Of a stretch of 64,000 nucleotides of DNA, positions 11,380 through 21,065 are shown in pieces. The notes under the pieces are model-generated. The model saw only the letters and a list, made by a program, of their open reading frames with translations, did not search any database and was not told where the DNA came from. A program made the position numbers and the translations under genes. The DNA comes from an uncultured Nitrososphaerales archaeon (lineage in GTDB: Archaea > Thermoproteota > Nitrososphaeria > Nitrososphaerales > Nitrososphaeraceae): the NCBI GenBank assembly GCA_963695855.1, contig CAVOHZ010000010.1, positions 1,600,001 through 1,664,000 on the forward strand, written 5' to 3'. The number at the start of each line of letters is the position of its first letter. The stretch's first letter is position 1.

Positions 11380-11730
11380 TTTGAGTTAAACTCCTTGCAT
11401 GTGTGTAGGTTTTTCGTATAGTTTTTGGTCCGCACATTCAGTTAAAAATGAGCAAACCCAGCAGTTACATTTATTGGACATTTCCAACTTATTGGTTAAA
11501 GGTAACCCCGTTTACGGATAGTTTCTTCTCTGAGTATGTTACTTATTTCGTCTCCTACTATGTATCTTATCTCTGTTCTTAATCGGGACAGAGACTGTTG
11601 AACAACATTTATTTTGTCTTCGATTAGTGCTAAGGATAATCTTTTATTGTTCTTATGCGTATTATTTATTGGCTCTACTACGACTGTGCTCGTGCTGGTG
11701 TCCTTTTGGGTGGGGACACCTTTTTTGCCT

Positions 11731-11928
11731 TCAAGTTTTTATGTCCTCCCCTTTAATCGCTACAAGCGGACTCCCGAGCAAAGAACCCGATGCAAGAAGG
11801 GAAGAGTTGGAAGCATTAATTTCCTTATTTTGTGTGCGGCATTTACACACCCAAATTATTTCATGATCAAGGTATCTATGTTGCCAGATTCTAGGACACT
11901 CTTCGTGAGGTCCATAGCATTCAAACAT
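11731..11928 (-). CDS. Small Cys/His-rich protein fragment of the integrated element
   Basis: ECYGPHEECP...WVCKC. Co-oriented with and directly downstream of the AbrB-like gene. Confidence 0.35.
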   Translation of the reverse strand: MFECYGPHEECPRIWQHRYLDHEIIWVCKCRTQNKEINASNSSLLASGSLLGSPLVAIKGEDIKT

Positions 11929-11949
11929 CTTAAGGTACCAGTGATTGAT

Positions 11950-12135
11950 TCATTTCGAGTTTTGCCCTCCTGGCAAATGTAGTTTCTTTATAAAAATCGT
12001 CCCGTCATTATTTTGAATAGTCACATATGTGGCGTCTTCCAGGTGGCATTCTCTGGCTATCTTCATAGGAATAGACAAAACAACCGATCAGTTCTTGTTA
12101 CCTCTCCAAGTTTTAGATATCTGAATCTCAGACAT
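11950..12135 (-). pseudogene. AbrB/MazE/SpoVT-like DNA-binding protein with internal stop
   Basis: MSEIQISKTWRGNKN*SVVLSIPMKIARECHLEDATYVTIQNNDGTIFIKKL shows the swapped-hairpin pattern. TGA at 12088-12090. Confidence 0.65.
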
Positions 12136-12251
12136 TGTCCAAAATAAAGATTATTTACTAGGAGAGAACTATGAAGTGTACCTATTAGAGACAGGGATAA
12201 AGAAAGAAAACAACAAGGAACAACATGAATGTCAGGACATAAAAAAAAGCC

Positions 12252-12581
12252 TTGCCAAGACCATGCCCGCAGTGTGATCTAGAAAATGGCGGTATGCAGT
12301 GGGTTATTTTCAACCCTAGATACAACAATAGTTATGAATACAATAAAAGACCGTATTCCATTCTTAGAATCAGCCATTACACTAAAGGACAGTATAGTTT
12401 ATCTTCAAAGAACAATAAAAAAAATAGGAGCAAGATATGGCATAACTTTACAATACATTTGCGTGCAATAGTAGTACAAACAGAAACAGGAGAGTCAAAA
12501 CGTATTTGGCTGGAAGATATTTCTAATGATCATAATTATTATTTTGGAGAAAGTATAATACTACAGTTAGGTATAAAATGA
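12252..12581 (+). CDS. Hypothetical CxxC protein (probably a decayed fragment)
   Basis: PRPCPQC motif. Divergent from the AbrB-like gene and followed immediately by an IS6 copy. Confidence 0.45.
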   Translation: MPRPCPQCDLENGGMQWVIFNPRYNNSYEYNKRPYSILRISHYTKGQYSLSSKNNKKNRSKIWHNFTIHLRAIVVQTETGESKRIWLEDISNDHNYYFGESIILQLGIK

Positions 12582-12611
12582 CACTCATACATAAAAAAAT
12601 ACAGGTTGGCC

Positions 12612-13328
12612 GGCTTGTTAAGACTATTTTACCTCCTATTTTGAATAGAATTTTGTTTCTGATTTTTGCATTATATAGATAAACGAATAATCTTATCCAA
12701 TTGTATACATGTTGTAGATGACAATTTTGTATAATATTATTACAAGGATAGTAATCATCAAAACTTTCCGTCCTATCCTTGAAATACTGCATCACTCTTT
12801 CTATCAGACTTTTCTCAAATGGTAAATGCGATACGTGTTTTAGATTTAAAAAGTTGCATGCTTGTGGATACCACGTACCACCATCATCTGTGTATACTGT
12901 ATGTTTTTCATACGTTGATACAAGGGATCTGATAAAATTTTCTGCTACAAGCATGTTTCTCTCTTCTGAAATATAGATTCCAGGTATAGATTTATGAACA
13001 GGTTCAATACAAATCCATAACCAAAAGTGTTGATTACCAATCTGAATCATTGTCTCATCGATTATGAATGCGGAAATTCTTCTATGCTTGTTATAGATCT
13101 ACAATGAACCAAATAGTTGAATCCATTTCCAAACAGTAACATAACTTCTTTTTTGGTCCTTAAAAGGTTCCAATGCTTTGGATGTATTTCGTAGACTCAG
13201 ACCAAGAAAGTACAAATAAAGAGAATACATTACTATACATGTGGATGTTTCTGACAAATCTTAACAACATCTATATTGTTAGAATAGAGCGTTCACAGCT
13301 ATAGCTCTTTCCTTAAGTTAACAGCACC
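12612..13328 (-). mobile_element. IS6-family element (copy B2), inverted near-identical copy of 6259-6981
   Basis: Intact terminus at 13328, damaged terminus near 12612, no TSD. Same lesions as B1. Confidence 0.9.
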
Positions 13329-13499
13329 TAGAACGCCCAAGTATACCTAATGGATTTGAAGATCCTTCCCAGTGGTTATCTTGGAAGTTTATACAATAAT
13401 AATATAATAAAAATAAGGAATGCATAGAATATTCAACAAAAACCAGATTGTCATTTCACGAGTATATAATAAATAAAAAGAAAACAAATAAACCAAAAC

Positions 13500-13640
13500 A
13501 GAAGTACATGGTACTTTAAGAGAAAGTAGATTCGATAAGAGAGACTTAGACAAAATTATATTTTAACAATATTTTCAGAAGACTTTCACCAGAAGATCTC
13601 GAAAATGCAAACATAATATCTGATTATATCATTTGATCTA
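13500..13640 (+). pseudogene. Possible N-terminal fragment of a thaumarchaeal-type tyrosine integrase
   Basis: One frame reads NNIFRRLSPEDLENANIISDYII, reminiscent of the N-terminus of Nitrososphaeraceae integrases (recalled, not searched). Confidence 0.35.
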
Positions 13641-13647
13641 AATCAAC

Positions 13648-14595
13648 TTAATTAATTATATCATTATACCTATCTCTTATTACTACTGCAGATATTCCTG
13701 CAGATTTTGCTATTTCTACCTGAGTTTTATCTTCATTTTCTAGACCTTTACATACTGCATATATTGTTGATGCAGCAATTGCTAATGGATTCTTTCCAAC
13801 ATGGATTTCTTGTTTCATTATTTCTTTCATTAATTTTATGGCTTTATGTTTTGTTTTTTCTTCTAAACTAAGATTATTGGAATTTTCACAATACATTTTA
13901 TTGGATTTATGACTGGAATGGTTTTTAAATTAAGTTCAAAAATAAGAATCCTAGAGTATTTGAAATACTTTTAAATTTCACATTAGTTATGTCTGAAATA
14001 TCTTTCATCGTTTTTGGGGTTTCGAGTTCTTTACAGGCCAAGTATATCGAGGCGCATAATATTCCTTCTGTTGTTCTTCCGAGTAGTAATCCTAATGATA
14101 ATGCTTTTTTATAAAATAAAAAGATTTTTCTACTATAGCACTGTATAAACCCAATTTATGCTTTATATTATTTAATTCGTCAAAAGCATATTTTAAGTTC
14201 CTATCTTTTGAGTTAATGTGCCTAGTTCTATGATCCCATATCCTTAATCTATCTATTTTATTATGTATACTATCGCTAATTTTCTTCCCTGCAGCATCTA
14301 CGTTAGATCTTCCAATGATTGTACGATATTCAATATTGAAAAAGATACTGTTTCTATCATAATGTTGTAAATCTGTATTTATTGTTGTATTAGCATGATT
14401 AGTAGCAATCATCTCTTGATAGATCCTTGGATGTAAAGGGAATTTCTTTTCTTCAGATAATACTATACCACAGATATTACAAATAATTTCACCTAATTCA
14501 GGGTCTATGGTTATTTTAAAATTATTATTACAATTTGGGCATAATGAAGTATTGTTATTAATTTCATAATCTAGTATATTACTTATACAGTCCAT
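13648..14595 (-). pseudogene. tfb: Transcription initiation factor TFB paralogue, frameshifted
   Basis: Zn ribbon CPNC..DPELGEIICNICG and RLRIWD..DRNL. Cyclin repeats (GRTTEGI, IYLACKE..PKT, GKNPLAIAASTIY, TQVEIAKSAGIS) are split over several frames. Confidence 0.9.
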
Positions 14596-14664
14596 AGTAT
14601 AATTAGCACTAACAATATAATATTCGTTTATTACCATGATTAGATAGTTTGTTTTATTAACTTG

Positions 14665-15311
14665 ATAAATTACCTCCATCAAGAAATGGAATTTTATTTG
14701 TAATTATTGTATTATATTTATAGATAAATAACTTTGCAATTCTATACATGTCCTAGATCATATTTTCTGTTTTTGTTGCTATACATGAATAGTAATCATG
14801 AAGGAGGTTCTATTTGAAATACTGCTTACTCGTTCTATCAGTGTCTTGTAAAGGAGAATGCATTCTGTGTTTTAGGTGTAAAAAGTTGCATGCTTGTGGA
14901 TACCTAGTAACACCATCAATGTAAACAATATGTTTTCCATACTTTTTAATCAAAGAATGACTAAAATTCTTTGCTACGAGCACCGATTTTTCAAGTTCAA
15001 TACAGTACAAGAAGTATATCGATATTAAGTAATATTTGATTATTCTTTTATCTACTGTAAAAACGGAAACTCTTGCCATATAGATTTGAAAAGATCTAAC
15101 TTGATTGAATTTGAGATGTAACTTCTTTTGTTTTCATCTTTAGAAGATTTCAATGTCTTTTTTTTGAGACTGACAGAGAACAAGAAAGTAAATAAATACA
15201 GAGAAGAATACATCATCATCATCAATCGTATGTTCTGTTTCTATTCTAATGATCAAGGATTGTTAGAAAGAAATAGTACATTCTAGCTCAATAAATATCG
15301 TTAAACTAACA
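14665..15311 (-). mobile_element. Defective IS6-family element (copy A2), inverted near-identical copy of 3198-3850
   Basis: Reverse complement matches A1 almost base for base, including its lesions. Both termini are clipped. Confidence 0.88.
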
Positions 15312-15662
15312 CAATCATGAAACTGCTAGAAAAAATTTAGATCAAAAAAAATTGATATTATTATAGATAAGCATTTTTTATTCGATTTAAGAACATATTG
15401 GTTAATCAGATGTAATAGTATCTAAATCTAATAAAAACTTTATATACATTTGAAAATATTATTTATATTCCTCATAAATTTAAATCGTTTTATCGATTTG
15501 GTATTTTAAAATTTAATCTACCTTCTATTCTATCAATTTTCAGTTATTTTTTATTTGGGTTAATTCATTCTTTAATAAAATATTGTTAAAATAATCAAAT
15601 AACAATCATTCAAAATTGTTCTGTTTCCGATCAATATAAGAATAAGTGTTTTAAATATATAC

Positions 15663-16058
15663 ATGTCTATGGATAAAAAAACAAAATCTAGTAGTAAAGA
15701 TACAAAATCTACTCAATCAAAAGCAATTCAGAAAGCAACAACACCTGCAAAAAAAGCCAGTACAAAGAAAGCAACAACACCTGCAAAAAAAGCCAGTACA
15801 AAGAAAGCAACAACACCTGCAAAAAAAGCCAGTACAAAGAAAGCAACAACACCTGCAAAAAAAGCCAGTACAAAGAAAGCAACAACACCTGCAAAAAAAG
15901 CCAGTACAAAGAAAGCAACAACACCTGCAAAAAAAGCCAGTACAAAGAAAGCAACAACACCTGCAAAAAAAGCCAGTACAAAGGAAAGTGATAAAGTGAA
16001 CATATCACCTGAAAATGTTACTTCGCAACAAATCCAATCTGAAACTACTGAACCTTAA
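15663..16058 (+). CDS. Lys/Ala/Thr-rich histone H1-like repeat protein
   Basis: Seven 12-aa units (KKATTPAKKAST; the first begins with Q) and an acidic C-terminal tail. AT-rich TATA-like sequence lies just upstream. Confidence 0.8.
   Translation: MSMDKKTKSSSKDTKSTQSKAIQKATTPAKKASTKKATTPAKKASTKKATTPAKKASTKKATTPAKKASTKKATTPAKKASTKKATTPAKKASTKKATTPAKKASTKESDKVNISPENVTSQQIQSETTEP
15730..15983 (+). repeat. 36-bp perfect tandem repeat x7
   Basis: Unit AGAAAGCAACAACACCTGCAAAAAAAGCCAGTACAA repeated head to tail with no spacers. Confidence 0.97.
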
Positions 16059-16251
16059 GTGATTGACTGTAATTTGATCATAACTGAAAATCAATAATAT
16101 TCGCCTTATTCAACTATATTATTTTATTTTTATTTTTTGAAAAAATGATTCGGATTCATTTTTCTCGATTTTTTGAGATAAATGTTAAAATGAATTAAAT
16201 AAATTCTATGCTAATTATATATAACGTGTTACTTTGTAGCAGATATATCTT

Positions 16252-16842
16252 ATGATGAACTTACGTATACATGAATCTACAAAATTACTTTTTATGAAAT
16301 TACTCAAGATTTTTGAAGAATCAATTGATAGTGTAGTTATATTAACCAGAGCATTTAGTGCTTCAAATGTCATTCATATGGGAAAATTCTATAATGGAAT
16401 TAAATCAGAACCATACGTTAATCATCCACTTCGAGTAGCATTAATAATGGCAGGAGAATTAAATATAAAAGATAAACATGTAATTGCTGCAGCTATACTT
16501 CATGATATATTTGATAAAACATATGCAAATCAATTCCAAGACAATCTTAATGATGTAATAGGAGAGCAATCACTAAATCTTGTTTTATCAGTGAAGAAAT
16601 ATGATGTAAAAGATATGAAAATCGATCAATATCATAAATTACTTTTAAAAAGTTCAAAAATTCTCAGATATCTTATTCTCTCTGATAGACTAGATAATAT
16701 TAGAACCCTCAAACAAAGTTCTCATAGAGATAGGATTAGTCGATATAAAGAAGAAACTCAAAACTATTTTTTACCTGTTGCCAATTTAACTGATGATAGA
16801 TTGGTCTTTAAACTATCTGTTGCTCTATATGAACTCAAATAA
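16252..16842 (+). CDS. HD-domain protein of RelA/SpoT hydrolase (Mesh1/SAH) type
   Basis: EPYVNHPLRVA, AAILHD, SDRLDNIR and EET..YFLPVA. Confidence 0.85.
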   Translation: MMNLRIHESTKLLFMKLLKIFEESIDSVVILTRAFSASNVIHMGKFYNGIKSEPYVNHPLRVALIMAGELNIKDKHVIAAAILHDIFDKTYANQFQDNLNDVIGEQSLNLVLSVKKYDVKDMKIDQYHKLLLKSSKILRYLILSDRLDNIRTLKQSSHRDRISRYKEETQNYFLPVANLTDDRLVFKLSVALYELK

Positions 16843-17693
16843 ATAGATAATACCTAACTAACATCAGCTAACTAATATCTATTTTTGTGTTATTTTTGGT
16901 TCTTAAATTCAGTCAAATTGAATTTGAGAATAGTTTAACGAAAAGTATTTCTTTTTTTGTCACATGCTTTTAGAATGGCAGAAGATATATCCAAAGTATT
17001 TTTGCATAAAGAGATCTGACTATTTAATTGTGTCATGAACATAGATTGTGGTTTAATAATATTAGATATTAGTGATATTCATTTGGATACGTTTACAATA
17101 TTTAGATATGAATTTACGATTATTTATTAGATCGAATACAAACCCCAACTATTTTGATTAACAAAATTTTATTTACAAATTCTTTATAAAAAATAATTAT
17201 TATGCTTGAAATGATATTTTCAATGTTTATATCTATAGAATATACAAAATTTAGTTAGCCTGTATATTTAGAGAAATAGAAATTGATGTTTCATTGTTTG
17301 ATGGTCAACTCAGAGGAAGTAAATCTGTGTGAATTTGGATTTAATAAAGATCTGATATGTCGTATTTATAAAAGAAGGAATGGAATTGTAATCACATATA
17401 TTGTTTCACAGAAAAGATGAAACACCAGAAAACATCAACATGTAAATCATAATATTAGTAATGTATCATTAGAACTTATTGTCATGTCAAACACGGTTTC
17501 ATTTTTTCAGAGTGGAATTTACTTTCAACTTAAAAATACATAGATTTCATACAATTTTTTAATAACCTATAGAATAAAGTTGTATCATTTATTTTATCTA
17601 AATTGATTAATTGAGCTTTGAATCACTGAACCTAGCACATATATTTTTAGTTAATAGTTATCAATACATGTATAATAAATGAGAACATCTAAA

Positions 17694-17733
17694 CTATACT
17701 GACTAACATAATTCTATACTGACTAACATAATT
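17694..17733 (+). repeat. 20-bp direct repeat x2 (duplicated IS630 terminus)
   Basis: CTATACTGACTAACATAATT occurs twice in tandem. Confidence 0.95.
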
Positions 17734-18898
17734 TCGCTAATCTATTATTCTCATCAGATATTTCACAATATCCAGATTAAATCTTCTAGTCCTATAATAA
17801 TATGAAATTGTATCTTTTAGAAAATCAAATGTAGAATAATATGATACTTACCCTCCTGTCTCCAACATTCTTCTACTGCATCAAATTCTGGAGATCCAAC
17901 AGGAAAATATTCTAATCTGGTAGTATCTTTATTCGCATCAAGAAACTCTTGTAATCTTTGAACAGTATGGTGTTGCTCTATCAACAAAAATTACAATTTT
18001 ACCAAATCTTTCTTTCTTTCTGTACCTGTTTTATTTAGATAATCAACAAACGTCTTGCTGTTAAATTTATCATATTGTTTGAAAAGTTGTTTACCGTCTA
18101 AAGAATAGACAGCCAAATACAATTATTCTTTTTCTGGAACCTGTTACCGTTATTTTGGGAGGTTTGTATTTAGAAATCCATTTCTTTCTTCTGATTACAT
18201 AATCATATACAAACAAATATGGATTCGTCCTGTACAAGTACAGTCCACCAGTCTGATTTTAAATTCTCAATAATATGTTTTACTCTTTTTTGAATTTCAT
18301 TTTGTCCTTTGCTGAGGCAGTATTCACTAATTTTTTCTGTGGTACTTTAGATTTGAAACCCCGTTTGTGTAATAGACGGTAAATATGTACTTCATGATTT
18401 CTTACTCCTGTCTAAAATCCCATCCCGTATTACTTACTTTCAACCAATTCCTGTTTTATTTTTATCATTACACCTTTTGGTACATCTGGAGGTCTACCAC
18501 GTCTTGGTTGGTCTTTTAATCCATCCAGTCCATCTTTATCAAATCTATGTGACCACATGTAAGCCCACCACCATCTTGATCTGTTTAATTCATGTTCTGC
18601 TACAGATGCCGCTTCTTGTTTGTGTATCTTGACACGTTTTACAAGTAGTATTCTTTCCTTTACATTACTGTCTTTTTCTTTCTTGTATGCATTATTTAGA
18701 ACAGCGTTAATCGATACGAGCAATTAGTAAAACTGACTATATATTAGGAAGCTAAATTGGTTATGATAAAAATAATTAGATAATATACTGGCTAACTTAA
18801 TTGCGTGTATTCTGTGATATTGGAAAATATCAATTTCAAGTGTAATAAACATTTTTTATCCAAAGAATTTGTAAATGAATTTTTGTTAGTCAGTATAG
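17694..18898 (-). mobile_element. Decayed IS630-family element with multiplied terminal repeats
   Basis: HTH ORF 18430-18723 (GLDGLKDQPRRGRP) and DDE fragments (VQDES, VGSPEFDAVEECWRQ). Inverted termini CTATACTGACTAACA. Confidence 0.85.
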
Positions 18899-18918
18899 TA
18901 TGAATTTATGTTAGTCAG

Positions 18919-19931
18919 TGGTTTGTTGCATAACTCGTTTAACCAATCGTTCTCATTATTATATAATTGATAATTATGTAACAGTTATACTTTGAAACCA
19001 GTTATACAACGATGCTTTCAACATTATCTCTCTTATCATGTTCTCTAACCTGATAGCAGTAACATATTCACCAAACATTCTCTTCATAGAGGAAAAAACA
19101 GATTCTACCATCCATCTTTGTCCATAGCGTACACTATCTTTCCATTCTTGCAAATCATTCTTCTGCATTTTCACCATCTTGTTTCTAAGGTAATGATTGG
19201 TCTTGTTTCTGCATCTAGAATTCTTTCTTACCTTTATTGCTGGTTGTATGCCTTTAAATGATAGAAACTGAAAGATCTTGTTGCTATCATAGGAACCATC
19301 CATGATAGCAGTATCTATTACCTTATTCTGTTTTATTGCTATATAATCAACCAATTTTGGAAGTACTTTTACATCATGTACTTCTTCACTAGTAACATCT
19401 AATGATAGAATTCTCTTCTTTTTTATATCGACTGCTAAATGTATCTTTAGATATCCTCTTTTTACATTCCACTTGTGTCTAATCCATTCACCCCTCTTAG
19501 ATACCTTTATACCGGTAGAATCAATTGCAATAACAAAATTATCATCATGCAAGTTAGATTTGGTTATATCATCAGAAATCTTGATATCCAGTCTATTTAT
19601 TCTTCTGCTAATGTTACTATAATCTGGAATTGATGGCAAAGTGTTTGAAGCATGTTCTCTTACTACTCCTTCAGTTTGTCTGTAGGGTAAGTGAAAGTAT
19701 GCTCTCATGTATCCCAATAACTTGACAAATGAATCTGGATATACGAATTTCCTACCTTCCTTTTCCTTATTCATCTTCTCTAGTTCAGTATTCCAGTTAT
19801 CTATAACATCAAAATCCAGTAATACCTCACCACGTTTAACAAGAGATTCGTTGTAATTTCTCCAGTTCACATAATATGACTAGAATTGGTTAGCTAAATG
19901 TGTTGAGAAGAACAAGTTGTGCAACAAGGCA
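18919..19931 (-). mobile_element. Intact IS5-family (IS903-type) element
   Basis: Imperfect TIRs TGGTTTGTTGCATAACT / AGTTGTGCAACAAGGCA. TSD TTAGTCAG(T) of 8-9 bp on both sides. Confidence 0.92.
18974..19870 (-). CDS. IS5-family (IS903 group) transposase
   Basis: NWRNYNESLVKRG, AIDSTG, MDGSYD and YGQRWMVESVFS. Uninterrupted 298 aa. Confidence 0.93.
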   Translation of the reverse strand: MNWRNYNESLVKRGEVLLDFDVIDNWNTELEKMNKEKEGRKFVYPDSFVKLLGYMRAYFHLPYRQTEGVVREHASNTLPSIPDYSNISRRINRLDIKISDDITKSNLHDDNFVIAIDSTGIKVSKRGEWIRHKWNVKRGYLKIHLAVDIKKKRILSLDVTSEEVHDVKVLPKLVDYIAIKQNKVIDTAIMDGSYDSNKIFQFLSFKGIQPAIKVRKNSRCRNKTNHYLRNKMVKMQKNDLQEWKDSVRYGQRWMVESVFSSMKRMFGEYVTAIRLENMIREIMLKASLYNWFQSITVT

Positions 19932-19944
19932 TTAGTCAGTATAG

Positions 19945-20900
19945 ATAATGCCTACAACAAGGAAACAGAGATTGATACCAGAAGAAGATACTGTTGGTTA
20001 GATTGATAGTCAAATACAAACAACGCATAAAAGATTTAGCACAAGAACTACATGGATGTAGAGCTTGGGCATACAAATGGTACAAAAGGTAGAATAAGTG
20101 ACTGGATGGATTAAAAGATTAGCTAAGTGGTAGACTTTCGGTACCAGAAGATGTAATGATAAAGATAAGACAAGAATTATCAGATAGCAGTACTAGATGG
20201 ATTTTAGACATGTCGTGGATCTGGTATACAGAAAGATTGGAGTACAATATTATCAAGTACATAGTTACAGCTTACTACACAGATACCACTTTAGTTCAAA
20301 AGTACCGAGGAAAAGATTTGTAAATATTGTATCAGTAAAGGAAAAGAAGAGATTTAGAAAGAGTAAACGCATTAAGTATCTAGAGCATGATTAGACTAAA
20401 CTTGTAAAGGGTGAATTCATCCTTGTATAAGATTACGTAATCAGAAAAAGGAAAAAGGAATGAATTTCTGCAATTAAAAAGATCTATTCTAACGGTAACA
20501 GGTTCTCACAAAAGAACAACTTTTTTTCGTTGTCTTTCAATAGACTCGAAACAGTTATTCAAGATATATGAGAAATTTAATAGTATTACATTTGTTGACT
20601 ATCATCTAAAAAAGTACAGAAAAGATTCGGTAAATTTATTGTGTTTGTAGATAGAACAAACCCCCATAGTTCTAACATCACAAGAAAATTTCTTGGTGGA
20701 ATGAATTTACTATAAAAACTAGAATATTTTCCACTGGTATGGCCAGAATTTAAACCAATAGAGGAACGCTGGAGACAGGCAAAATACAACATACTTTCCA
20801 GTTATTATCTTACCTTTGATTTGAACTATCTAATTTGTAGTTATTATATACTATAGATTCAAACTGGATACTATGAAGTATCTATCTGTCAATGTCTATG
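19945..20900 (+). pseudogene. Second decayed IS630-family transposase
   Basis: Fragments NAYNKE, FSSKVPRKRFVN, IVFVDR and PEFKPIEERWRQAK are homologous to the 17.7-18.7 kb element. Confidence 0.8.
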
Positions 20901-21065
20901 GACTAATGTTATTAATATGATCTTGTTTTTGAAGATTTTATTTTTCATGAAATAAAAAAAGACATGGTTTGCAATAAAAAGTAACAAATTTGAGTTTGAG
21001 GTTATTAACATAGTCAAAGAAGGTATAAAAATAATTTATTGGTAAGTTATATTATTAATTATCAA

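Larger units (their letters stand above)
11151..13640. mobile_element. Remnant of tRNA-linked integrated element (plasmid/provirus-like)
   Basis: Abuts the tRNA 3' end and looks less AT-rich than its flanks. Carries decayed D5-helicase-like, AbrB-like, Cys-rich and integrase-N-terminus-like fragments. Confidence 0.55.

Noticed and set aside
11614-11982. Plus-strand 122-aa and 79-aa ORFs
   Set aside because: They are antisense to the more coherent minus-strand gene remnants and have no recognisable motifs.
15730-15983. 36-bp repeat as a CRISPR array
   Set aside because: Units are contiguous with no spacers, are in frame within an ORF, and no cas genes are nearby.
15709-16008. Hydrophobic repeat ORFs on the minus strand
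   Set aside because: These are shadow frames of the stop-free 36-bp repeat.
16843-17693. ncRNA or replication origin in the long AT-rich gap
   Set aside because: I found no GC-rich stems, ORB-like repeats or adjacent cdc6/orc1. It looks like decayed sequence.
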